Below are positions 20,401-29,600 of a stretch of 64,000 nt of DNA, in pieces. The DNA comes from Candidatus Aphodovivens avistercoris (GTDB lineage: Bacteria; Actinomycetota; Coriobacteriia; Coriobacteriales; Eggerthellaceae): NCBI GenBank assembly GCA_018710945.1, contig DVIW01000010.1:29837-93836 (forward strand). The letters run 5' to 3'. Made by a program: the position numbers and the translations under genes. The notes below the pieces were generated by a model that was not told the DNA's origin, did no database searches, and saw only the letters and a list, made by a program, of their open reading frames with translations. How positions within the stretch are numbered: position 1 is the stretch's first letter; each line of letters starts with the position of its first letter.

Positions 20401-23400
20401 TCGACGCCACGTTCGAGCTGCAGATGAAGCAGGCCGACGGCTCGTGGGCGACGGTTGCCAGCGACCTCTCCACCGGCAACAGCTATGAGCTGGCGTTCAA
20501 CGCTGATGGCGTGACGGCGACGGCGAACGACACGGGCGACCGGGACAAGGGCATCCTTGCCGTCACGGGCCTTACTTGGCACACCTACCGCTTCGTGGAG
20601 ACGGGCACCACGCCGGGCTACGAGCTGGAAAACGAAAGCGGGCAGATCGTTAGCGGCGAGTTCACCATCAACCGCGAAACGCCCAACATGGCGGCGAGCG
20701 TCATCATGAGCAATCAGCCCACCAGCCTGGAGCTGAACAAGAGCAACGAGGCCGGTCAGGGGCTTGAGGGCGCCGAGTTCACCATCACGCCGGTCGGTGA
20801 CACCCAGTTCGCGGACGGCACCACGGCGGCGAAGCGCATCACCACCAACGGGTCGGGCTTGGCGCGTCTTTCCGGCCAGCTTGTCGTGGACGGCACCTAC
20901 GAGATCTACGAGAGCGCGGCGCCCACGGGCTATGACCCGGTTGACGCTACGTTCCAGGTGACGGTCCAGCCGGATGGCGCGCTGGACGTCGTGGGCGGCG
21001 ATGCAGCCTTGCCTGCAGGCTGGTCGCGTGCCGATTTGAACGAGGACGGCCAGGCAGACGATGGTTTCTCGTTCATGGCGGTGAACAGCCACATGGCCGT
21101 GACGCTTACGAAGGCGAGCGCTTCCAATCCGGACATCAAGTTGGACGGCGTCACGTTCCGCCTGACCGGCCAGGTCATGAACGACAACGACACGACGCAT
21201 ACCTATGTAACCGATGCGGATGGCGCCATCCACATCACCGAGGGTCTCATGGCCGGCGTTGACTACACGCTCACCGAGGACACGACGCATGCTGGCTACA
21301 TCAGGCAGACCGAACCGCTCAAGTTCCACATGACCTTGCGTGGCGAGATAGAGGTGGACGGCCAGGCGCCCGAGGGCTGGATGGTCAACGACGACAAGAT
21401 CTCCTTCACGGTGGCAAACGACCCTGTCGCGCTGCAGATAACCAAGCACGATCCGGAAGGCAACCCGCTGTTCGGCGCGGTGTTCCGGGTGACGCCTGTT
21501 GCGGGCTCGACGTTCGCTGATGGCTTGACCGAGCCGAAAGAGCTGCGCACGGGCATGGACGGCGAGCTGTTCATGGGCGCGAAGCTCGTGGTGGGCAACA
21601 CCTACGACATCACCGAGGTCTCGGCACCCGAGGGCTACGAGAAGGTGACGGGCACCATGCGCGTGACCGTGGGCGAGGACGGTGCCATCAACGTGTTGGG
21701 CACGGTGCTCGACGATGGCCCGGTGAGCCCGCAGCCGCCGGTTGGCTACAGCAAGGTTGCCGGCAACGCCTTCGAGGTCCAAGTGGTCAACGAGCCCATC
21801 GAGATCGGCCTCATCAAGGTGGATGCCAACGATGTGGCGACGCCGCTTGCCGACGGCGTGTTCGAGATCACGGGCCGCTTCGCCGACTCCGTGAGCGAGG
21901 AGACGCGCACCTTCACCACGTCTGCGGACGGCACGCTGATGGCAGAGGGCGAGGCCATCGACAACCTGAGCGCGGTCTTCGTGTCAGGCGAGACCTACGC
22001 CATCGAAGAGATGGTCGCCCCGGCCGGCTTCGAGCTCGTTGCGGGCGCCTGGAACTTCCGGGTGACGGAAGCCGGCACGCTCGAGGCCGTTGACGCTGAG
22101 GCTGCGGCGGGAGTCGCCGGCTATGCCGTCGGCGTGGACGGTGTGACCTTGATGGCGCTTGACGAGCCTATCGAGGCGACGTTGCAGAAGGTGTCGGCTG
22201 GCGATGACCCGCAGCCGCAGGAGGGTGCTGCGTTCAGCATCAGCGGTATCTTTGCCAACGATGCCACCCACGAGGCGGTTGAGCGCGAACTGACGGTGAC
22301 CACCGGCCCTGATGGCACGGCTCCGCTTTACGGCATTCCGGGAGCGGGCGACGACGCGGCGACGTACAGCCTCATAGCCGGCGAAACGTACACGGTAGTC
22401 GAGACGAAGGCTCCCGATGGCTTCAAGCAGGCGGTCGAGTCGTTCTCGTTCACCGTGGGCGAGGACGGCACGCTGGCTGCGGCATCCGGCAGCGTCCAGG
22501 CGCTGCCCGGCGCGGAAGGCTACCGCATCGGCGATGACGGCGTGACGCTGCAGGCGGCCGACGCGCCCATCCAGCTGACGCTGTCCAAGCGCGCGACCGA
22601 TGGCACGCCGCTTGCGGGCGCGACGTTCGCTCTCGAAGGCCCGGTGCCGACAGGCACGGTGCTGACGACGGGCGAGGACGGCACGGTGTCCGTCAGCGAT
22701 GCGGTCACGCTGGTGGCCGGCAGCACGTACACGCTGGCGGAGGTGGAGGCTCCGGCGGGCTACGAGCTGCTGGCCGAGCCGTTCTCGTTCACCATCGGCG
22801 TGGATGGGACGGTGCAGCCGACGGCTGAGGCGGCCGGGTGGCAGGTGTCGGGCGACGGCATCGTGCTTGAGGCTGCTGACGCGCCCATCGAGGCGAAGCT
22901 GGTCAAGACCGATCTGGCGGGCAACCGCCTTGCAGGCGCGGTGTTCGAGCTGACGCCGGTGGCGGGCCAGGCCGCTGCTGAAGGCGAAGCCGCCGCCGAG
23001 GGCGAGGCTGCCACCGAGGTCGAGGCTACCGCAGCGACCTTCGCGAACGGCTCCGCCGACCCGGTGCGCTTGGAGACGAATTGGCAGGGCGAGGCGGTCA
23101 TCGCGTCCGGCCTGCTGGTGGCGGGTGGCACGTACCGCCTTGAGGAAGTGGAAGCGCCGCGCGGCTACGAGCTTGCCGGAAGCGCCGTGCTCACCGTGGC
23201 GGCCGACGGCTTCATCGCCATCGAAGGCGCAGGCGAGCCGGGCACCGTTGTGAACGGCGACAGTGGCTCGGGCACCTATGCGGCCTCGGATGAGGGCGGC
23301 ATGGCGGTGGTCACCGTAGCGAACGCGGAGTCGCCGAGGGCGACGGGCTTCTTCGCCGACACGGGCGACGGCATGCTGCTGATGACGCTGGCGCTGTCGG

Positions 23401-23462
23401 TGGTCAGCCTGGTCGCCATCGTCTGCGGCTCCCTGTCCCTCCGCCGCCTCCGCCGCCGCTAA
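11460..23462 (+). CDS. giant (4,000-aa) cell-wall-anchored adhesin with CnaB-type and SpaA/prealbumin-type repeat modules
   Basis: ATG 11460 is preceded by GGGAAGGGG. The signal-like N-terminus is ...RSNWRQFWAVFISILLCVQMVSIGGIPFASAASA. An acidic low-complexity region and a Cna-A-like segment (GDWFRLTLPEGF) follow. About 13 modules start (G)TK.W...RP...(L/V)Y(R/Q) (CnaB-like). About 11 modules are of the form L.L.K.D....L.GA.F.L (SpaA-like). The C-terminus FADTG, hydrophobic helix and RRLRRR is a sortase-type sorting signal. Confidence 0.85.
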   Translation: MAKETSGSSFQQKVRARKLQRKRSNWRQFWAVFISILLCVQMVSIGGIPFASAASAANGQELSANVSENENESANAGEADVAGGASSSKGAGGASASATESDGANKADGSALSGTEASEGETSETAPSDADGSNAAEPGADQSEGADGALPAEAFAVRDAQDWTGLLDDLKLDASLRIADPDPTLSPAYAADPAAQTGSESADPADAADSVAADSENAENANTASVAADQQGATASVLPESLPATLTVRIELNPQDEGAFVRTGDWFRLTLPEGFALADASTPANVVALDDQGNPTETLRGSALLVDGQLKVQLASDAPESALSEDAQAQATPDQAQAALVKVPANAEGIVAVQVELPVVVDAALLVDEARTVEWVMQQGEDGQQQTAWLQLPARAELEQLWAEALAAAGAANDAEGDGSDAAASPEGAVAAAQNVLADVRETLQSTTTVQAGPFDTQVHSQTIWCDNNHGDRPTADSLEAGYIPQYSLDAGVTFYDLVNADGTVTQQAKDDLHLSDDQVRRIESGDLIQITRSAVNTYDVATSALPSRVVTTTTAPILDNEGKPTYDENGNQEFYTTEVSTLITWQLKDTNEYAGYLPGSSSAWDKQYKMLATTIEFNVVGKTGEEALKDIFGSDEEDYFQFGATINGVAQRSSSVAQAIEDGWLSIEDTDNGCIITGTVPRYDEDGYPIVYYVRYDGAQEGPDYYQATYDNSASANHGGATDAVYDGGTLTLRHAGTTTFEGTKVWLDGGNQASRPAVTYTLWRYSTQGSPETASQVTVASLHAENSETPAPNATGFVEVTAPAGSGEIDLHQLLIEEYGEALVNALPKYDPDGYPYIYAMREEAVAGYEQVFGTVAADGVVTDTNPRYENEAGDGYVDVDRGARPDTDRFVYNGGTLSNRLTGTTTAQMTKTWQIAAFQDSLQEVECEFTAQSRPKGSTDDADWRNVEADGAVQTLTAWNAETLAKTVSQSFPKYDAQGEELEYRWIETGVSFGAQDTRFTTNADGTASFTLNVESAEGTTEELLFTSTPITQEGADGSYATTIVNTFENVTDQHVDKYWEQADGTLAQIAPDPAYTDGDAIVELYRDGALIGTFTMDGRSDEDATPIEGLDGATWQETRSYHIDFEDLPKYSPEGTRYTYLVLETSKDGWTTERSYDPDTRTTRIDNYLPIGEGSEIRVTKKWIDGDDAEHRYQVEVTLYAAHDMQSRATDEEGDPLFAYQKDDPVMERILLSEDGLWYTEVDVPIGGLTYNDFYVRETALIDDRGTETTEDDVRYPVVSIDEAKELYPDEDWVNVGWTNPDNRRVATPEHVYEVRYQANDTLKSAEVTNRRLGLFDLTVTKTWNDALGADEDKTRPAAALTLSCDEYAQAFSKDADGTLRVSVSGNRLPVTVTDADGNPVETSIVDDDGNPAESGSLRVEVDTTKANATYHFEGMPKYDANGLNVHYSVNEGWTGEYGDYYSTKTVGDYVVQPGARHFQDSQTVDFNNNRSGTRDVVFYKQWRDNYVSQELNQRPDIYLTLYRVSANLAEPEAVPGYVHFSWSAMAESGDAGNEQKVTISGLPKYDSQGAEYVYYASETMSADGTSLGYGDVRFAYDSIDEADARAEAEQDADTLVVQDAENAVKVGETESDNPQENGTGWAIREDGTFVNRLSANLEANGTKLWENIPGNVDQADLPEITVYLQQKLATAAEWDDMYVTDVDARKLSGTVASTSDLTEVTTNQYSYSITTDYDGDPLPRYNEDGELYQYRAVEIAWGLLDQPGGFTEDDLKDVNFADLRDDATGEGAALGGVFAIQHGDTGSFLLRNVYDAEKGKLTVKKLFDGRDADETLYPDVTFNVYRYYVDSDGNASRAARVASHTLTQADFLASTAGEDGNRSASYTFDNLEIYAPDGSRWIYFVTETSINGYETLVGTGNLELGDADLVAGDMVDASGSAVTDGSGTAMRSEDLGSADKTILADDEEVDVTFANTYNAESANLQGTKVWRDYNNIFNVRPDTLDLTFTRTAGGITEDVGVQTGDEDAENYLVWTAKDKRGNWTFELRNIEKWAPNGQAWTYTVKEALPQGTDQYYSIVTGESSVAATSTTGFRLENALNGQATVQKSWVDGEDPYGLRPESVKVQLQARTVEIADNGTEQGDWDGWQNAYKVWKQFASEEDLAGQLNEDFVDRTLSDGTGWKGSWTRLPMVARDADGTLYRIEYRAVETAIGDQTIKAPNDDNGTYENYYPYQPSQVTTTDPANNSSATMVTNTLEDTSISATKTWANDGLNGTSDAWGTRPGSSTAWTAKYFLQRSTSETDWEWVVKAGFEAKPDGSATQEGVVSLTITGASSVDTGTATWENLPKFDTSGKQYSYRVVEQVPGSYDVTDQGAELVNDPDTTHRYYVVPSTRDAQAFTNTLRTVDLTGTKAWDDHGAGIVPSFEDDKPTMVLYRQVEGGTAEQVKLKNGSAAPQPTWTDNGDGTWQFTYTGLPAADENDKPYTYWAVETAGSGGAGGFYPAYGSGDQQSNATHGAAGTTVDTPATADSDGTQANETITNVATKLALEKVSDWRGADGKGDPESLAGIELSVQSRDGSTTYAMWTNGSDGKTYSTYTWVDGTVDPANTANAVHRDDNLIVGLKAGQYRIVETGTPPAGYAQAPDVLFTINADGTATYNGVELDGVADLLPGESGVVVNTDAGIHTIAVTAEDPVLRGHLELTKYVSDDGTVDADDAAALEGATFDLYRVDMDGDGQDELIASGLTTDANGKVTTVGNGKATNAMGTAGGDLTYDGKYTKLSDGLPEGKYYFVETATTPGAVLPEGTAAKSDELTITQKNHYEMKNEPVSGKMANENFGAEVKLVKFDKGTGDPIDGAAFSLKYCPEGSTDAGYPIDLGTFTTQADPDIDNHHGIVCFPDLEKGSYLVEEVSNPGYSGEFQAKFTISNKDDGHTYVVWQDGGTAIDFAVTKGENIRGFGIPNNRLTGQATLRKLGSGGYIDATFELQMKQADGSWATVASDLSTGNSYELAFNADGVTATANDTGDRDKGILAVTGLTWHTYRFVETGTTPGYELENESGQIVSGEFTINRETPNMAASVIMSNQPTSLELNKSNEAGQGLEGAEFTITPVGDTQFADGTTAAKRITTNGSGLARLSGQLVVDGTYEIYESAAPTGYDPVDATFQVTVQPDGALDVVGGDAALPAGWSRADLNEDGQADDGFSFMAVNSHMAVTLTKASASNPDIKLDGVTFRLTGQVMNDNDTTHTYVTDADGAIHITEGLMAGVDYTLTEDTTHAGYIRQTEPLKFHMTLRGEIEVDGQAPEGWMVNDDKISFTVANDPVALQITKHDPEGNPLFGAVFRVTPVAGSTFADGLTEPKELRTGMDGELFMGAKLVVGNTYDITEVSAPEGYEKVTGTMRVTVGEDGAINVLGTVLDDGPVSPQPPVGYSKVAGNAFEVQVVNEPIEIGLIKVDANDVATPLADGVFEITGRFADSVSEETRTFTTSADGTLMAEGEAIDNLSAVFVSGETYAIEEMVAPAGFELVAGAWNFRVTEAGTLEAVDAEAAAGVAGYAVGVDGVTLMALDEPIEATLQKVSAGDDPQPQEGAAFSISGIFANDATHEAVERELTVTTGPDGTAPLYGIPGAGDDAATYSLIAGETYTVVETKAPDGFKQAVESFSFTVGEDGTLAAASGSVQALPGAEGYRIGDDGVTLQAADAPIQLTLSKRATDGTPLAGATFALEGPVPTGTVLTTGEDGTVSVSDAVTLVAGSTYTLAEVEAPAGYELLAEPFSFTIGVDGTVQPTAEAAGWQVSGDGIVLEAADAPIEAKLVKTDLAGNRLAGAVFELTPVAGQAAAEGEAAAEGEAATEVEATAATFANGSADPVRLETNWQGEAVIASGLLVAGGTYRLEEVEAPRGYELAGSAVLTVAADGFIAIEGAGEPGTVVNGDSGSGTYAASDEGGMAVVTVANAESPRATGFFADTGDGMLLMTLALSVVSLVAIVCGSLSLRRLRRR
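23352..23366 (+). other. FADTG sorting-signal motif of the giant adhesin
   Basis: Codons TTC GCC GAC ACG GGC encode FADTG. They are followed by GMLLMTLALSVVSLVAIVCGSL and RRLRRR-stop, the classic tripartite cell-wall sorting signal but with (L/F)AxTG instead of LPxTG. Confidence 0.5.
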
Positions 23463-23721
23463 GCCTTGCGGGGGCGCTCTGCAAGCAGGGCGCCCCACGC
23501 TGAATGACCGCGATGGCGGCTTCTGCTACCCCCGCTCCGCCTCCGGGTGCAGCGGGGTTTTCTTTGCCTGGCTCCTCGCGCACGGCGCGGCGGTTGCTTT
23601 TCGGCGACCCGCTTCGCCATACCTCGCCCCACCCGTTTCCGTGCCTTCTTCTTGAATGTGACGATAGTTTGACGATTTGGCAAAACCTGAGCGTCGGGCG
23701 CTCACATTTCCTCAATTCGGC

Positions 23722-23749
23722 TTGCAATCGCGGGCAACGCTGCTATAGT
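23722..23749 (+). promoter_or_regulatory. sigma-70-type promoter of groES-groEL
   Basis: TTGCAA (23722-23727), a 16-nt spacer, then TATAGT (23744-23749) with an upstream TGC (extended -10). It sits immediately upstream of the CIRCE element. Confidence 0.6.
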
Positions 23750-23759
23750 ACCTAATTGT

Positions 23760-23786
23760 TTAGCACTCGGCATGCGTGAGTGCTAG
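23760..23786. promoter_or_regulatory. CIRCE operator (HrcA binding site)
   Basis: TTAGCACTC-GGCATGCGT-GAGTGCTAG matches the CIRCE consensus TTAGCACTC-N9-GAGTGCTAA at 17 of 18 arm positions. It lies 70 nt upstream of groES. Confidence 0.85.
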
Positions 23787-23856
23787 CAGTCCCCACCGGA
23801 GGCTGCGGCGCCGCGCATGCGAAGCAACCGATGAATCGGAAAGGTAGGCATGCGCT

Positions 23857-24144
23857 ATGAGCTTGAAACCGCTTGGCGACCGCGTGATCGTGAAGGCCGA
23901 CGAGGCCGAGCAGAAGACCGCTTCCGGTCTGTACCTGACCAGCGAGGCCAAGGAGAAGCCCCAGACCGGCGAGGTCATCGCCGTGGGCGAGGGCAAGCTT
24001 GACAAGGACGGCAACCTGGTGCCCGTTCCCGTGAAGGTGGGCGACAAGGTCATCTACGGCAAGTACGGCGGGACCGAGGTGCACTACGGCGGCGAGGACG
24101 TGCTGATCCTGCGCGCCGATGACATCTACGCCATCTGCGAATAG
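23857..24144 (+). CDS. groES: co-chaperonin GroES
   Basis: 95 aa: [27 protein letters not shown]...GEVIAVGEG...[14 protein letters not shown], an unmistakable Cpn10. Confidence 0.97.
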   Translation: MSLKPLGDRVIVKADEAEQKTASGLYLTSEAKEKPQTGEVIAVGEGKLDKDGNLVPVPVKVGDKVIYGKYGGTEVHYGGEDVLILRADDIYAICE

Positions 24145-24192
24145 CCGCACGGCATCCGCACGAACGCTTCATACCACGGATTCTCAATCTGA

Positions 24193-25842
<1,650 letters not shown>

Positions 25843-25871
25843 GCTACACGTTTCACCCTGGTTCGCCAGGG

Positions 25872-25930
25872 GCGCGCCCGCCGACCTGGCGGGCGCGCTT
25901 TCGGGGCCCCGACGCTGCCGCGTCGGGGCC
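25872..25930 (+). terminator. two tandem GC-rich hairpins after groEL
   Basis: GCGCGCCCGCC/GGCGGGCGCGC (25872-25898, 5-nt loop, then TTTC) and GGCCCCGACG/CGTCGGGGCC (25905-25930). Confidence 0.6.
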
Positions 25931-26660
25931 CTGCGCGTTTATGGGCGGGGTGCCATGGCATCGGCGGAAGCCTTCTCGAAACCCCAAAACCCCAAAACCC
26001 TGATGCCTTCCCGCGCCGGGGTTTAATGCGCTTTCGAGTGGAGTGCCGTTGCTTGTCGCGGGCCCTCCCGGTCGCGGACCTTCCCGTTTGCGCTAATTCG
26101 TCGAAATGCGCAGCGTTGTTGCACGAACGTTCGGATTAGCGTGAATGGCACGCCTTGGGGTTCGCGCCGCCGCAGAGCCCCGGCGGCGATCGGTTCGGCA
26201 CGCGCCCATTCCCCTGTCCGCTTCTCGGATCCGCTCTCGCGTTCGCACCCAGGCCCTTCTTTCCCCGGAGCATTCGACAAGGGCTTGTGCGGTCGCCCTT
26301 CGCCGCCCGCACCTTCTCGCCGGTTGAATGCCGCCGCTTTTGGCGCCGCCCGCCCCCTGCGTCCGTGAGATTTTACATTCCAAAAAACGGCGTTCTACCT
26401 GCGGAAACGCGATGTTTTACGCGGCGCTTACCCCAACTTTAAAAACTCTTTGCCTACCTCTTACATGGGAAAGCTACCGTTGCCAACGCATGTTTTTTCG
26501 GGCCGTGTTGCGCCCGAAAGGCGGCGGCTTCCGCGTGTTTCGCAGGAAACGCGGGGCAGCGCTTCACAGCGGCTTGGACCGTGCAACTGGAACAGCCGCT
26601 CGTGAAAAGTCCCGCAGCCGCTGTCGCAACGATGGAGAAGGCAAACGAGAAGAGGTGGGG

Positions 26661-29600
26661 ATGAAAGAGCAGGAAGAGCGCGCCCTTTCCCGCGGGTTCC
26701 GCGCGCTGATGGCGGCCGTCCTGGCGCTGGCGCTGTCGCTGCCGGCAGGCGGGCTCTCCTTCGGGAGGGCGCATGCGGACCAAACGGCGCCGCAGGCGGA
26801 TGGCGCGACGGAAGCCGCAACCGCAGCCGCCGACGCGGGCGCGACCGCGGCCGACGCCGGCACCGACGCGCAGGCGTTCGGCCCCGACAGCAACAGCGTC
26901 AAGATAGCCGTGCTGTCCGACACGCACTACTATCCGCTCAACTACGTGAGCGACTGCGAGGACTACGAGACCTACGTGGGCGGCGACCCGAAGATGCTGG
27001 AGGAATCCGGCTCCATCCTGGATGCCGCGCTGCAGATGGTGCGCGAGGACGCCCCCGACATCCTGGTGGTGTCGGGCGATTTGACCAAGGACGGCGAGAA
27101 GCTGGGCCACGAGCAGCTGTCCGAGCGCTTCCAGGCCATCGAGGACGAGACCGACACCGAGGTGTTCGTCATCAACGGCAACCACGACGTGTTCAACTAC
27201 GAGGACTCCTGCACGTTCGAGAACGGCTCGAAGGAATACGCCGAAACCACCACGGCCGACGACTTCCGCCAGATCTATGCGAACTTCGGCTACAACGGCG
27301 ACTACGAGGCCGAGTACTTCACCAACCCCAACCACGGCGCGGGCGAGATAGCCGGCGAGTTGTCCTACACGGCCGATCTGGGCAAGTTCACCATCGTCGC
27401 CGTGGACTCGGGCCGCTACAGCCCCGACGCCGACACCGGCTACAGCGAGAACGAGCATATCACCGCAGGCCGCGTGGACGACGACCTGCTGCCCTGGGTG
27501 GTGGAGAAGGTCCAGGCCGCCGAGGCTGAAGGCGACACGGTGATCGGCCTCATGCACCACGGCCTCGTGCCGCACTTCGAGGGCGAAGAGAACATCCTGT
27601 CCGAGTACGTGGTGGACAACTGGCAGGCCACGGCCACCGCCTTCGCCGATGCGGGCATGCGCTACATCTTCACCGGGCACATGCACGCCAACGACATCGC
27701 CCAGTTCACCTCGAACGCGGGCAACACCATCACTGACCTCGAGACGGGTTCGCTCTCGTCGTGGAGAAGCCCGCAGCGCACCGTCACCCTGACCAAGGGC
27801 GCAGCGCTTGACGACGGCACGCAGCGCACGCACGAAGAGTTCAGCGTCAGCTCGCGCGGTGTGTCCTCCATCGACTTCAAAGACCACACGGGCAACGTCA
27901 CCCACATTGAGGACTTCCAGTCCTACACGCAGGACAAGCTTTACCCGGAAACCCTGTTCAACAACATGGCGAACGGCATGCTGCGCCCCATCCTGGAGGA
28001 AATCGGCCAGACGGGCCTGCGCGCATGGCTGGCCGAGAACCTGCCCGATGTTGACATCGACGCGATGGTGCTGGGGCTGGCGCGCGACGCGCTGGCCGGC
28101 GGCATGGACATCGAGTTGGGCACGGGCATCGGCCGCGTGCACGTGGAGTACCGCAACGGCGGCATCCAGCTTTCGCCTTCGGGCACGGCAGGGCTCATCG
28201 GCGACGCCACCATCACCGACGCCCAGATCCTGCGCTTGGTGGACGACGTGCTGAGCACCGTCGAGACGAAGTACATCGACAACCCCGACTGGCTGCTGGG
28301 CGAAGTGGACAAGATCGTCACCCAGGTGTCACAGATGGGCGTCACCTCGCTTGATGCCGAGCAGCGCTCCATCTACGACCTGGTGCTGGTCGTGCTGACC
28401 GGGCACTACGCCGGCCACGAGAACCCGCCGGCGTGGGTGGGCGACGCGCTGTCCTACATCGAGTCGGGCGAGGTGGTGCAGACGCTCATCACCACGCTCA
28501 TCGACGACCTCATGCCCATCATCGACACGCTGCTTGAGGAAAACTCCATCGACACGGGCATCGCGTTTTCCGGCCTCTGGAAGACCGCCATCGACGGCGC
28601 CACCGACGACGGCAACCTGAAGAGCACGTTGGAGCTGTTTGGCTTCGACTCCGCCGCCATCCGCGGCATGATCGAGGGGCTCGTCAACGAGTACATGAGC
28701 CCGAGCTTCCTCACCGGCATGGGATCGCTCATCTCCGAGATCGCCGGCTCGATGCTCTACGACTCCAACTTCACCGATGACGTGATCGACGGCGAGGGCG
28801 TCACCATCACCTTCGACGGCACCGTCACGCCGCCTGAGCCCTCGGTGGACAACGGGCTGCTGCCCACGCAGATCACCATGACGCTGGGATCCAGCTCCGG
28901 CACCGACCGCAACTTCCGCTGGTACACGGGCACGAACGTGACCTCCGGCACCGTGCAGGTGGCCACCGATGCCGACTTCCAGAACATCGTCGCCGAGGCG
29001 CAGGCGACCTCCGAGCAGGTGACCAAGCCCAAGACCCAGCTGAACCTGGGCCTGGTAACCACCTACGGCACGCAGCAGGCCGAGCGCCACTCCGCCTCTG
29101 TGACCGGTCTGGACGACGGCGCTTCCTACTACTACCGAGTGGGCGACAAGGAAAACGGCTGGTGGAGCGACGCCTTCCCGTTCTCCACGGGCGACGCGGC
29201 CGACGCCGACGACGCGTTCACCTTCATCAACGTGAACGACTCGCAGGGCATGGTGGAATCCGACTACGACGTGTACAAGAACACGCTTGCGGCGGCCGAT
29301 GCGGTCTTCCCCGCGGCATCGTTCACCGTGCACGGCGGCGACTTCGTGGACGACGGCGCCAACGAGGACTACTGGACCTGGGCGCTTGACGACGCGAACG
29401 GCGTGGCGCAGGGCATGTCGATGACGCCGGCCGCCGGCAACCACGAGGCGAAAAGCGACGTGGAGGGCATCACCGACGCGAACCCCATCGTGTCGCATTT
29501 CAACCTGGCGAACGTGCCCGCTGGGCAGGACCTCTCCAGCGGCGTGTACTACTCTTACGTGTACAAGAACGCCACGTTCGTCGTGCTGAACACCAACGAC

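Noticed and set aside
11295-23498. Long antisense and alternate-frame ORFs inside the giant adhesin gene (for example 11295-13667, 13773-16091, 16101-19304, 19470-21782 and 21984-23498, all on the - strand)
   Set aside because: These are typical high-GC artefacts. Their translations are Arg/Gly/Ala/His-rich with no motifs. They fully overlap a frame that has clear modular domain structure, a signal peptide and a sorting signal.
25978-26000. Telomere-like C4A4 repeat as a functional telomere or replicon end
   Set aside because: There are only about 2.5 units, embedded in a normal intergenic region of a bacterial chromosome between groEL terminators and the next gene. It is better treated as part of the TTGGGGT motif family.
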